DNA of 33,126 bases. It comes from Capsulimonadales bacterium. GTDB lineage: Bacteria; Armatimonadota; Armatimonadia; Armatimonadales; Armatimonadaceae. Below are positions 1-8,744 of the stretch, in pieces. Location: assembly GCA_033762295.1 (NCBI GenBank), contig JANRLW010000026.1:1-33126 (forward strand), read 5' to 3'. The position numbers and the translations under genes are program-made. Numbering within the stretch: the first letter of the stretch is position 1; the number at the start of each line of letters is the position of its first letter. Under the pieces are notes generated by a model that did not search any database, was not told the DNA's origin, and saw nothing but the letters and a program-made list of their open reading frames with translations.

Positions 1-110
1 GCGTGTGATCTCCTTTTCTCTCCACGTGCTGTGGAAGCGACCGATCCGTATGGTTCGGTCGCTTTTTTCTTTTCGGTGCGTTTTCTCCGGCTCCGGCGAC
101 CCGATCCCTG

Positions 111-116
111 TATAAT
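111..116 (+). promoter_or_regulatory. -10 box TATAAT 6 nt upstream of the GTG at 123 (probable leaderless transcript)
   Basis: Perfect TATAAT; no Shine-Dalgarno between it and the start. Confidence 0.6.
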
Positions 117-122
117 CGGGGT

Positions 123-1196
123 GTGACTGCCATATCCACCACTCATCCGGCGAAAACCACCGTTTCCGATGGTTCGACGCTGCCGCTTTTACAGGTCGAG
201 AACCTGCGTACGTACTTCACCGTGTCCGGCGGAAAGGTCGCCCGTGCCGTCGACGGCGTCTCCTTCACGGTACGACGGGGCGAAACACGCGCCATCGTCG
301 GTGAATCCGGCTGCGGAAAATCGATCACGGCGCTGTCCCTGCTTCAGCTGGTCCCCGAACCGGCCGGGTATATCGAATCCGGACGTATTCTGTTCGAAGG
401 CAAGGACCTGCTGGACCTGACCTGGGAACAGATGCGCACGGTGCGCGGCAGGGAGATCGGAATGATCTTCCAGGAACCGATGACCTCGCTCAACCCGACC
501 TTCACCATCGGACAGCAGATCACCGAAGCGATGACCATCCACGGGAAATCCCGTCAGGAAGCGATCGATCGGGCGGTCGATCTGCTCGGACGCATCGGCA
601 TGCCGAACCCGCCCCAGGTACTCCGGCAGTATCCCCATGAACTCTCGGGCGGGATGCGGCAACGTGTGATGATCGCGATCGCCCTGGCCAACCGGCCCAA
701 ACTGCTGATTGCGGATGAGCCGACGACCGCGCTCGATGTCACCGTGCAGGCGCAGATTCTCGCCCTGATTCGCGAACTTCAGCAGGAGATGGGCATGGCG
801 GTTCTGCTGATCACGCACGATCTGGGGATCGTCGCGGAGGTTGCGGACTCCGTCTCGGTGATGTACGCAGGGCAGATCGTCGAGGATGCGCCGACCCGCG
901 CCCTCTTCAAAACCCCGCAACACCCCTATACCCGCGCCCTGTTCGCCTCGCTCCCGGCCCGGAACCGGCGAGGACATGATCTGGTCACCCTCGAAGGAAT
1001 CGTCCCCCCGCCGACCGACTGGCCAGCCGCCTGCCGCTTCGCAACACGCTGCGCCTTTCGCCGGGATGTCTGCGAAACGACCCCGCCCCGCGCACGACCG
1101 AAAAACAGCGAAACGGTCGGCGGCGACGGTCGCCCCTGCCGCTGCCATATCTACGATCCCGAAATTCCCGATCTCTGGCCCGACGTGCGCTCCTGA
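123..1196 (+). CDS. Oligopeptide/dipeptide ABC transporter ATP-binding subunit (OppD/DppD type)
   Basis: Walker A GESGCGKS, signature LSGGMRQR, Walker [16 protein letters not shown]-terminal HPYT and Cys-rich CRF..RC..C tail. Confidence 0.95.
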   Translation: MTAISTTHPAKTTVSDGSTLPLLQVENLRTYFTVSGGKVARAVDGVSFTVRRGETRAIVGESGCGKSITALSLLQLVPEPAGYIESGRILFEGKDLLDLTWEQMRTVRGREIGMIFQEPMTSLNPTFTIGQQITEAMTIHGKSRQEAIDRAVDLLGRIGMPNPPQVLRQYPHELSGGMRQRVMIAIALANRPKLLIADEPTTALDVTVQAQILALIRELQQEMGMAVLLITHDLGIVAEVADSVSVMYAGQIVEDAPTRALFKTPQHPYTRALFASLPARNRRGHDLVTLEGIVPPPTDWPAACRFATRCAFRRDVCETTPPRARPKNSETVGGDGRPCRCHIYDPEIPDLWPDVRS

Positions 1197-1300
1197 ACGT
1201 GCATTTCTGACCGTCGCCCTCTCTTCTCCGGAGGTCGAGGCATGCAAGGAAGGTTTTTCGAACGGAAAGAGCGAAACGGTTCGTACGAAGGAGTACTCCC

Positions 1301-3325
1301 GTGTTCGTCCCGTCAATCGTTCGCCGTCTTCGGTTGCCGTTGCTCCTGCTGACGGCCTTCGCCGTCCTGCCCGCAGTCGCTCAAAACGATATCCGGCCGG
1401 TCCCGCCGCCCGGCATCGCTCTCTCCGCCACCGAACGCGCCGAACTCGAAGCGCTGCTGGTTCCGCTGACCGCCGAAATCGCCCGATTACAGACCGACCT
1501 GAAGTCGAAACCCGCTCTCCTGCGTTTCCTTCCGGATGTCAGGGTCTACGAGAAAGCGGTCCGATATGCGCTGACATACAACGAATTCTTTCATGCCAGG
1601 GAGTTGGCGACCGCGAAGGAGTTGATCGCTGCCGGCATGGAGCGGGCGAAGGCTCTACGGAACGGGGAGACACCCTGGATGCGCCAGGCCGGCCCGATCG
1701 TCCTGGGCTATGTCAGTAAAATCGATGACTCGATCCAACCGTACGGCCTGGTCGTCCCGGAGGCCGGCATCGCCGGGAATCGAACGCCCCGCCGTCTCGA
1801 TGTTTTCTGCCATGGGCGCGGGGAAACTCTGACCGAACTCGCGTTTATCGGCGAGCGGCGGCACAGTCCGGGCGAGTTCGTCCCGCCGGACAGCTTCGTC
1901 CTCCACCCCTACGGACGCTACTGCAATGCCAACCGCTTCGCCGGGGAGGTCGACCTGTTCGAGGCCCTGGCGGATGTACGCCGTCGTTATGCGATCGACG
2001 AGAACCGACTGGTCGTTCGTGGCTTTTCCATGGGCGGTGCGTCCTGCTGGCAGTATGCCACTCACCATACCGACGTCTGGGCCGCCGCCGCTCCCGGCGC
2101 AGGCTTCTCCGAAACGATGGAGTTCCTGCGCCTCCCTTCGGACGGGCCGGACGCGCCCCCGTGGTATGAACGCCAATTGATGCGGTGGTACGATTCGACG
2201 GACTACGCCGCCAACCTCTATAATCTTCCGGTCGTTGCCTATAACGGTGACCGCGACGGGCAGAAACAGGCGGCGGACCGGATGGCGGACGCGCTCAGGG
2301 CCGAGGGCCTTACCCTGGCCCGCGTGACCGGACGCAACACGGGACACTCGTACAGCGCGGACGCAAAAAAAGAGATCGATGATCGGCTGGCCGCCTTCGC
2401 CGAGAAGGGACGTGACCCGCTCCCCTCCTCTCTCCGCTTCACCACCTGGACCCTGCGCTATCCTCGAATGCACTGGCTGACCGTGACCGGCCTGAAAAAA
2501 CACTGGGAACGGGCCAGGGTCAACGGACGGATCGCCGGAGACCAGGTGACATTGACGACCGAGAATGTCACCGGATTCTCCCTCGCTCCCGCCGTGGCAC
2601 GCAAAACGGTCGCGGTGGACGGGCAACGGTTCCCCGGTCTCGGCGGCGTCGGTATCACCGGGTCCGCCCTCTCGCCGGTTGCCTTTATCCGAACCGGCTC
2701 GACCTGGACGATCGATGACGGCGCCCGGAAGGGGCTTCGGAAGAAACACGGACTACAGGGACCGATCGACGATGCCTTCATGGATCGCTTCCTGCTGGTG
2801 CGGCCGACCGGCCGACCGCTGGCCGAGGCGACCGGGAACTGGGTCGCCCGCGAGTTGGAACGCGCCCGCACCGCCTGGCGAACCCAGTTTCGAGGTGACG
2901 CGCCGATCAAGGACGACTCGACGGTGACACGGGACGACATCCGTAACGCGAACCTGATTCTCTGGGGCGATCCGTCGAGTAATCGCGTTCTGGCCCGACT
3001 GGCCGGACGGCTGCCCGTCTCCTGGGAGAGGGACGGAACCCTGCGCGTACGGGGCAAATCCTACCCGGCTGGCACGACCGTCCCGATTCTGATCTTTCCC
3101 AACCCGGAGAACCCCTCCCGGTACCTGGTCCTGAACAGCGGAATCACCTGGCGGGAGGAGGCATACCTGAACAATGCCCGTCAACGTCCGCGCCTTCCGG
3201 ACTGGGCCGTTATCGATATCACGACCCCGCCCGACAAAACGCGTCCCGGACGGATCGCCGATGCCGGGTTTTTCGACGAAGAATGGCGCTTCGCCCCGGC
3301 GGAGGATCGGGCGACCACTCCGTAA
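1301..3325 (+). CDS. Secreted alpha/beta-fold serine hydrolase (prolyl oligopeptidase/esterase-like)
   Basis: Signal peptide (RRLRLPLLLLTAFAVLPAVA), nucleophile elbow GFSMGG, candidate Asp (GDRD) and His (TGHSY); AAGGAG RBS. Confidence 0.8.
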   Translation: MFVPSIVRRLRLPLLLLTAFAVLPAVAQNDIRPVPPPGIALSATERAELEALLVPLTAEIARLQTDLKSKPALLRFLPDVRVYEKAVRYALTYNEFFHARELATAKELIAAGMERAKALRNGETPWMRQAGPIVLGYVSKIDDSIQPYGLVVPEAGIAGNRTPRRLDVFCHGRGETLTELAFIGERRHSPGEFVPPDSFVLHPYGRYCNANRFAGEVDLFEALADVRRRYAIDENRLVVRGFSMGGASCWQYATHHTDVWAAAAPGAGFSETMEFLRLPSDGPDAPPWYERQLMRWYDSTDYAANLYNLPVVAYNGDRDGQKQAADRMADALRAEGLTLARVTGRNTGHSYSADAKKEIDDRLAAFAEKGRDPLPSSLRFTTWTLRYPRMHWLTVTGLKKHWERARVNGRIAGDQVTLTTENVTGFSLAPAVARKTVAVDGQRFPGLGGVGITGSALSPVAFIRTGSTWTIDDGARKGLRKKHGLQGPIDDAFMDRFLLVRPTGRPLAEATGNWVARELERARTAWRTQFRGDAPIKDDSTVTRDDIRNANLILWGDPSSNRVLARLAGRLPVSWERDGTLRVRGKSYPAGTTVPILIFPNPENPSRYLVLNSGITWREEAYLNNARQRPRLPDWAVIDITTPPDKTRPGRIADAGFFDEEWRFAPAEDRATTP

Positions 3326-3342
3326 GCCCGTCAGGAGGACAG

Positions 3343-4119
3343 ATGTTGAAAGTAACCTTTCTGGGGACGGCGGCGGTCCTGCCGGAGACGGACGGAGATA
3401 CCGTCTGCCATGTCGTCAACGAAACCGTCGTGTTCGACACGGGATGGAATGCCGCCCTCCGACTTCCGCGATTCGGCCTCGATCCTCTGCGAATCACCCA
3501 CCTTCTGTTTACTCATTTCCACCACGATCACTACCTCGGCCTGCCACAGTTCCTATTTCAACGGCAATTGCTGGCAGCGAAGGCGACCGATACCCCGCCC
3601 CTGATCCTCGGCGGTCCGGCGGAGGATCTGGAAACGGTCGTCGGGTTGGCCCGGGCGTTTCTGCAGGAGGCGCGTTTTCCGGGGGTGGCCGGCTCCGTCG
3701 AGTTGCTGCCGCTGGTCCCCGGCGACGGTTTTTCGATCGGCGACCTTTCCATCAACGTGGGACGGTCCGGACACCCGGTTCCCGCTCACGGCTATCGAGT
3801 GGAGGATACGACCTCCGGAGCGATTCTGTGCGTTACGGGGGACACGGAATACACCGACGAACTGGTACGTTTTCACCAGGGCGCGGATCTGCTGATCACT
3901 GAGGCGTCTTTCGGGCCACGGGCCGCACCGGACAACAATCCTTACGGCCATATGGGCGCGATCGACGCCGCCCGATTGGCGAGGGAAGCCGGAGTGAAGC
4001 GGCTGGCACTGACCCATGCCCGGCAGGAACAGCGCGTCGCGACCCTCGCCGCAGCGCGGACGATCTTCCCCGAAACCTTCTGGCCTGCCGACGGCGAGGA
4101 GATCGTTCTTTCCGCGTAA
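3343..4119 (+). CDS. Metallo-beta-lactamase-fold hydrolase, RNase Z/AtsA-like
   Basis: FLGT N-terminus, FDTG, THFHHDH, GDT, EASF, GH and LTH motifs; AGGAGG RBS before the ATG at 3343. Confidence 0.85.
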   Translation: MLKVTFLGTAAVLPETDGDTVCHVVNETVVFDTGWNAALRLPRFGLDPLRITHLLFTHFHHDHYLGLPQFLFQRQLLAAKATDTPPLILGGPAEDLETVVGLARAFLQEARFPGVAGSVELLPLVPGDGFSIGDLSINVGRSGHPVPAHGYRVEDTTSGAILCVTGDTEYTDELVRFHQGADLLITEASFGPRAAPDNNPYGHMGAIDAARLAREAGVKRLALTHARQEQRVATLAAARTIFPETFWPADGEEIVLSA

Positions 4120-4140
4120 CCGGGGAACGACCGGACTCCG

Positions 4141-4677
4141 TCACGTTTCCGCCCGGAGAACCGCATACCGGAACGGCGGTTGCTTCGGAAAGACGGCCTG
4201 CTTTCGGAACGCCTCACGAAACCGATACGAGCTCATATAATGCCGTGAATAGGCCCACTGCACCGGTAGCGGCAGCTGCCAGGAGCCGATGAAACGCATC
4301 CTTTCCGCTTCCATCCGGCGAAGGACCGACGGTTCGCGACTGACGCACAGTATATGCCGCCGCTCCGTGCGCAGTCGGGCGAAGGCGTCCCGGAATAGCC
4401 GCGTACCGATCCCCCGATTCCGATGCTCCGGGAACACGTACAGGACGGCGAGATCCGCCCAGTTCATCGGCAGTCTTTTGATCAGGCAGACACCCGCAAG
4501 GGTTCCGTCCGTCGTCGACTCCACGACAAGAGCGTCGGAGAACCCTGTCAACTCCCCTGGCAGGTATCCCAGAATGTTCGGCGTATCCCGCAAGGCCAGA
4601 GAAAGTCGGAGGGCTTCCGCTTCCGTCAGCGGGCGGGTTACCGGGGATTCGGCGTTTTCCGGTTTCGAAGGAGACAT
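4141..4677 (-). CDS. GNAT-family N-acetyltransferase
   Basis: LYVFPEHRNRGIGTRL acetyl-CoA binding motif; start uncertain (4677 or 4680). Confidence 0.8.
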   Translation of the reverse strand: MSPSKPENAESPVTRPLTEAEALRLSLALRDTPNILGYLPGELTGFSDALVVESTTDGTLAGVCLIKRLPMNWADLAVLYVFPEHRNRGIGTRLFRDAFARLRTERRHILCVSREPSVLRRMEAERMRFIGSWQLPLPVQWAYSRHYMSSYRFREAFRKQAVFPKQPPFRYAVLRAET

Positions 4678-4719
4678 CAACCATCGGACACCGTAGATCC
4701 ACGGTCCGTTGCGGTCGCC

Positions 4720-5445
4720 TCACCCGACCTCACAGCGGGCGACATCCGGAAGACGTTCCGCGATCCCGACGCAATGGTCGCCGATCCGTTCCAGATAGTG
4801 CAGCACGAACAGCAGATAGGAACCGCGCAGCGCCATCCCGGCGTCTCCCGTCCGCATTTTCGTCCGCAGCTGCTCCTGCATCCTGCGGTAAAGTCGGTCC
4901 GCTTCCTCGTCCGCCGCGATCACCTGACGGGCCAGCGTGAGATCCCGCCGGATCAGCGCCTGTATCGTGTCGTCCAGCATAACGGCGACCGTCCGCTGCA
5001 GACGCTCGATGTCGACCAGCGGCTGATAAAGGATGCCTTCCCGATCCATCTGCTGCGCGACGCGCGCAATGTTGACACAGTGATCGCCGATCCGTTCGAG
5101 GTCCGTGATCGCCTTCAGCGCCAGATTGACGAACCGGAGATCGGACCCGAGCACCGGCTGCTGCAATGCCAGCAACCGGATCACCTCCGCCTCGATCCTT
5201 CGTTCGAGTTCATCGACCTGGTCGTCCTTTTCCAGAACGTCCTGTATGGCGCGAGGGTTCTGCGTCTTCAAGGCGTCGGTCGCCTCAAACAGCATCTCGG
5301 AACAGGTGACGGCCATCGTCACCATGCCCTGCAGCAGTTCTCGCAGCTGCTCCTCGAACCGGGTCCGTGAAGGTTCCGGGGGGGACGGTTCGGGCACGAC
5401 CCGGACCTCGTCGGTCACTTCGGGTATGGGAATCACCACAGACAT
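4720..5445 (-). CDS. phoU: Phosphate signalling protein PhoU
   Basis: Two PhoU repeats (DDQVDELE..LQQP..DLR..DLERIGDH and DEEAD..LERIGDH); AGGAG about 8 nt before the ATG at 5445. Confidence 0.9.
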   Translation of the reverse strand: MSVVIPIPEVTDEVRVVPEPSPPEPSRTRFEEQLRELLQGMVTMAVTCSEMLFEATDALKTQNPRAIQDVLEKDDQVDELERRIEAEVIRLLALQQPVLGSDLRFVNLALKAITDLERIGDHCVNIARVAQQMDREGILYQPLVDIERLQRTVAVMLDDTIQALIRRDLTLARQVIAADEEADRLYRRMQEQLRTKMRTGDAGMALRGSYLLFVLHYLERIGDHCVGIAERLPDVARCEVG

Positions 5446-5491
5446 CCACATCTCTCCTGTCTCACCGGGAAAACCGACCGAACCGGCCCGA

Positions 5492-6043
5492 TCATCCGGC
5501 GCTATCGGTCGGCCGTTTCGGCGTCGTTCGCCGGCCGTTGCGCGGCGGTCGTCCGGCATTCCCCGCCGGTTCGGGCGGCGTCGCCTCCCCGGTCGCCTCC
5601 GGGTCGACATCGGGAACGACATCGGGAACGGGTACCGTTTCCCCCTCTGCCGCCGGACTGTCCGGCGCGGTTGCCGTCCGGTCGGGCAGGGCGAGCCGCC
5701 CGGCGAGTCCGAGCAATGTCTCGCGGTTCAACCGGCAACGTTTCTTCTTCCCGTCCCGTTCGACCCGAATCAGACCGGCCTGTCGCAATTCCTTGATGTG
5801 GTGCGAAATCCCGGAGGTGATCTCCTTATCGCCCGTCAGAAACCGGGCGATCTCCCCGATGGTCACTCCGGCTTCCCCCTCTGCGGCGGTTTCCGATGCC
5901 GGTTCCTGGGTCTCACAAACGATCAGATATCCCAGGATCGCCAACCGGGTCGGATCCCCCAGTGCGCGAAACCTCTCCGCCGCGTCCGCGATCGCTTGTG
6001 CGTTTTCCGCTCCCTCGATCTGTCTCTTCTTCTGCTTCGCCAT
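5492..6043 (-). CDS. ArsR/SmtB-family transcriptional repressor with a Pro/acidic C-terminal tail
   Basis: FRALGDPTRLAIL...ISHHIKELRQAGLIRVERDG winged-helix signature. Confidence 0.9.
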   Translation of the reverse strand: MAKQKKRQIEGAENAQAIADAAERFRALGDPTRLAILGYLIVCETQEPASETAAEGEAGVTIGEIARFLTGDKEITSGISHHIKELRQAGLIRVERDGKKKRCRLNRETLLGLAGRLALPDRTATAPDSPAAEGETVPVPDVVPDVDPEATGEATPPEPAGNAGRPPRNGRRTTPKRPTDSAG

Positions 6044-6066
6044 TCGTCCCGACTCCAAAAATCTAT

Positions 6067-6103
6067 ACTTCAACAACTATTGAAGTGTTTTGCCATGATA
6101 TCA
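6067..6103 (-). promoter_or_regulatory. Extended -10 (TG-A-TATCAT) followed by the perfect inverted repeat ACTTCAA-N6-TTGAAGT; probable ArsR operator
   Basis: IR at 6067-6086 lies just downstream of the -10 (6095-6100) and upstream of the arsR-like start. Confidence 0.7.
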
Positions 6104-6125
6104 CGTTTGCGCGGAATCGCCCGAT

Positions 6126-7139
6126 TCAGGCGCTTTCGCCGATAATCAGTTCGCTCGGAACGAGAATTTGCGCCGACGGAGCATCCGCCCCTTCCCGAAG
6201 ACGGCGCAGCAGGAGATCGAGCGCCTCCTGACACAGCCGTTCGGTCGGCATGGAAACCGTGGTCAGCGGGGTATCGAGGTAACGCGCGTCGTCGTTACCG
6301 TCGAAACCGACCAGAGCCACATCCTCCGGACAGCGCAGGCCGGCCCGCCGCAGTCCGAACAATACGCCCTCGGCGATGACGTCGTTGAAGCAGAGCAGCG
6401 CCTCCGGGCGTTCTCCGTCTGCCAGCCGGGCGAGCGACAGGCCCGCCTCAAGCCCGGCCCGCCGCGTCTGCTCATGCCGGTCCATCAGGATCAGGTGGGG
6501 AACGAGTCCCACCGCCTCGCACGCTTCCCGATAGGCGCAGTGCCGTGGTTCCTCCGGCTGGCGAAGCACCCAGTCGTAAGGGAAAAGGTAGGCGATCCGG
6601 CGATACCCGCGCTCGATCAGCAAACGCATCGCCGCTTGCGCTCCTCCGTAGACATCGAAATAGACGGCGTTCGCTCCGTCCGAACGGGGTTGCCCTCCCA
6701 GGTAGACCACCGGCATCCCGTCCGCCTGACTTCCCAGGTAGTGTGCCAGCGTCTGGTCGGGTTGCGCCCACATCAGCGCGCCATCCATCGGCCAGCCACG
6801 GAGTTTCGCCTTGTGCAGGGGTGACCCCAGGTAGTGCGGGGCGGTCTCCATCAGCACATGGTAACCGGCTTCGAGCGCCAGCCGCTCCGCGCACTCCAGA
6901 ATACGCACGAAGAACGGATTCGTCAATCCGGAAATGAACAGCCCGAGCGTATCGGTGCGCCCTCGCCCCAGCATCCGCGCCATACGGTTGGGCTGGTAAC
7001 CCAGTTCGGCGGCGGCCCGCCGGACTCGCTCCTGCGTCGCCGGTGCGATCCCGGCCCGCGTATTTCCGTTCAGGACATGGGAGACCGTTCCCGGCGACAC
7101 TCCGGCCCGCCGCGCCACATCCGTGATGGAGACAGCCAT
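6126..7139 (-). CDS. LacI-family transcriptional regulator
   Basis: SITDVARRAGVSPGTVSHVLN HTH, LGYQPN hinge, periplasmic-binding-protein-like core ending GFDG..PLTTV. Confidence 0.95.
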   Translation of the reverse strand: MAVSITDVARRAGVSPGTVSHVLNGNTRAGIAPATQERVRRAAAELGYQPNRMARMLGRGRTDTLGLFISGLTNPFFVRILECAERLALEAGYHVLMETAPHYLGSPLHKAKLRGWPMDGALMWAQPDQTLAHYLGSQADGMPVVYLGGQPRSDGANAVYFDVYGGAQAAMRLLIERGYRRIAYLFPYDWVLRQPEEPRHCAYREACEAVGLVPHLILMDRHEQTRRAGLEAGLSLARLADGERPEALLCFNDVIAEGVLFGLRRAGLRCPEDVALVGFDGNDDARYLDTPLTTVSMPTERLCQEALDLLLRRLREGADAPSAQILVPSELIIGESA

Positions 7140-7204
7140 CTGCGCCCCTTGCTTTCCGGCGTTTCCGCCCGTTCCTTCGTCCCCGTTCTCTGCGCCACGA
7201 TTTC

Positions 7205-7226
7205 GCACAACCGCTTGTGCATTGTA
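7205..7226 (-). promoter_or_regulatory. LacI-type palindrome GCACAA-CCGC-TTGTGC adjacent to a TACAAT -10 of the lacI gene
   Basis: 6-4-6 IR with central CG at 7205-7220; TACAAT on the minus strand at 7221-7226. Confidence 0.6.
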
Positions 7227-7329
7227 CCTGCGAACGGTTCTTTCCTCCTTCAGGGACGCTCTCCGGCCGCGTTGCCCCTCCCCTTTTTGGCGGATTTTGG
7301 CCGTTCCTGCGGATAAGCGAACAAAATTC

Positions 7330-7379
7330 TTGACAACAAGCCTCCGGATACGCTAACCTATTGGCGATAATTATGGTCG
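7330..7379 (+). promoter_or_regulatory. Sigma70-type promoter TTGACA-N18-TAACCT with a Fur-family-like 7-1-7 box (CGATAAT-T-ATGGTCG) at about +1
   Basis: TTGACA 7330-7335, TAACCT 7354-7359, box 7365-7379 (10 of 14 positions match TGATAATnATTATCA). Confidence 0.45.
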
Positions 7380-7450
7380 GAGATAAACTGAGTCGGCATT
7401 TCGTCGACCCGCTCCGGGTTTACACGCACGGCCAATGACACGCCGGAAAG

Positions 7451-8263
7451 GTGAAACGCAGGATGAATGGTATCGTATCCGGGCGGCAAGCCCGAACATC
7501 GCCCGCGGAGCGGCGCGGCTTCACGCTGATCGAGTTGCTCGTTGTGATCGCTATTATTGCCATACTGGCAGCGATCCTGTTCCCGGTCTTCGCACAGGCT
7601 CGCGCCAAGGCACGACAGGCGACCTCCGTCTCCAACCTGCGACAACTGGGACTTGCCCTCGCTATGTACGTACAGGACAATGAGTCGTACCCGTTCTCCT
7701 CCTCCGCCTCCATACAACGACCCCGTACTCGATGGCCCGATCATATCTGGTCCTATGTCAAGAACGAAGCGCTCTTCCGCTCGCCGGGTGCGCCGGAAGA
7801 CGCGTTCCTTAAGCCCTTCGCCCACAATCCGAACGCCCTTTACGGTGGCTACGGCTATAACTTCCAGTATCTGGGCAACTCGCGTCACCCTTTCGGCGCC
7901 CTCGATGCGCAGATTGAGCGTCCCGCCGAAACGATCGCTATCGCCGATACGGAAGGGTGCAGTTTTGATGTGGGAGTCCGCAATGCAGGCAATTATGTGA
8001 TCGACCCGCCGTTTCCGAGTGCGCGTGGCAGTCGCCCGACGACTCCCGGCGATGGCTTTTACGGGGCACCGGGGACTTCCGAGTGTAGCGGAAGTCATGG
8101 GTGCCGCGCGGTTCCTGCGGAACGGCACAGCGGTTTGGTGACGGTCGCCTTCGCGGACGGACACAGTAAAGCGATGAAGCGCCATCAGATGGATGACTTC
8201 AACCGGGACGGTACTCAGGACAACGGATGGTGGAACGGATTTGGTGACCCGACGCGACGCTGA
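7451..8263 (+). CDS. Prepilin-type N-terminal cleavage/methylation protein with C-terminal H-X9-DG motif (DUF1559-like)
   Basis: [49 protein letters not shown]; start may be 7451 or 7463. Confidence 0.9.
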   Translation: MKRRMNGIVSGRQARTSPAERRGFTLIELLVVIAIIAILAAILFPVFAQARAKARQATSVSNLRQLGLALAMYVQDNESYPFSSSASIQRPRTRWPDHIWSYVKNEALFRSPGAPEDAFLKPFAHNPNALYGGYGYNFQYLGNSRHPFGALDAQIERPAETIAIADTEGCSFDVGVRNAGNYVIDPPFPSARGSRPTTPGDGFYGAPGTSECSGSHGCRAVPAERHSGLVTVAFADGHSKAMKRHQMDDFNRDGTQDNGWWNGFGDPTRR

Positions 8264-8328
8264 CGAAACACCGGGCAGGTTTTACCTGCCCCCTGATCAT
8301 TTTAAGCAACCCTACGAAGGGACCGTAT

Positions 8329-8709
8329 TTGCCGGCGCTGCCGGAAACATTCGCCGGAAACATCGAACTACTCATCGTCATCGCGATGGTCTCGATACCG
8401 GCAGGGGTGCCTGGCAGGGATGCCTTTCATGTATGCCACTATAACCATGTCTGCCTCTCGCCGACAGCGACCTGCCGCCTGTACGGTGACGCCGAGCACG
8501 GTCTGAAAAGAGGCTACTATGCGATCCGTCCCCCGCAGCTCCGGGCGAAAACCGCGCCCGCGCCGCTGAATCGCGAAACGTACGGAAGGATTTTGCCTCG
8601 CCATACCGAAACGGCAAGTGTACTCTTTGCCGACTATCATGTAAAGGCGATGAAAATCGATGCCCTGCGGGACCCGAATCTCCGGAGAGCCCGCAAAATC
8701 AATCCGTAA
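8329..8709 (+). pseudogene. Degenerate, internally deleted prepilin/H-X9-DG gene
   Basis: IELLIVIAMVSIPAGV resembles the pilin helix but lacks G/FTL and has a Pro; RHTETASVLFADYHVK resembles the H-X9-DG motif; about half the normal length; no clear start or RBS. Confidence 0.6.
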
Positions 8710-8744
8710 ACGAAATCCCTCGAAAAGTGATCAGGAACGAAACA

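Noticed and set aside
1..20. Minus-strand AAGGAG suggesting a divergent gene starting just outside the window
   Set aside because: No coding sequence within the window to support a call
3343..4119. Assigning rnz or phnP to the MBL hydrolase
   Set aside because: The motifs fit the family, but the protein is short (no obvious tRNA-binding exosite) and context does not discriminate
7380..7450. Possible riboswitch in the leader of the first pilin-like gene
   Set aside because: Short, with no cobalamin, TPP, SAM or other aptamer consensus that I can recognise
7435..7683. 82-aa ORF ending RYVRTGQ, superficially like a UBact/Pup C-terminus
   Set aside because: It is an alternative frame inside the highly constrained prepilin gene, is Cys/Arg-rich rather than acidic, and lies 16 kb from the PafA-like gene; most likely coincidence
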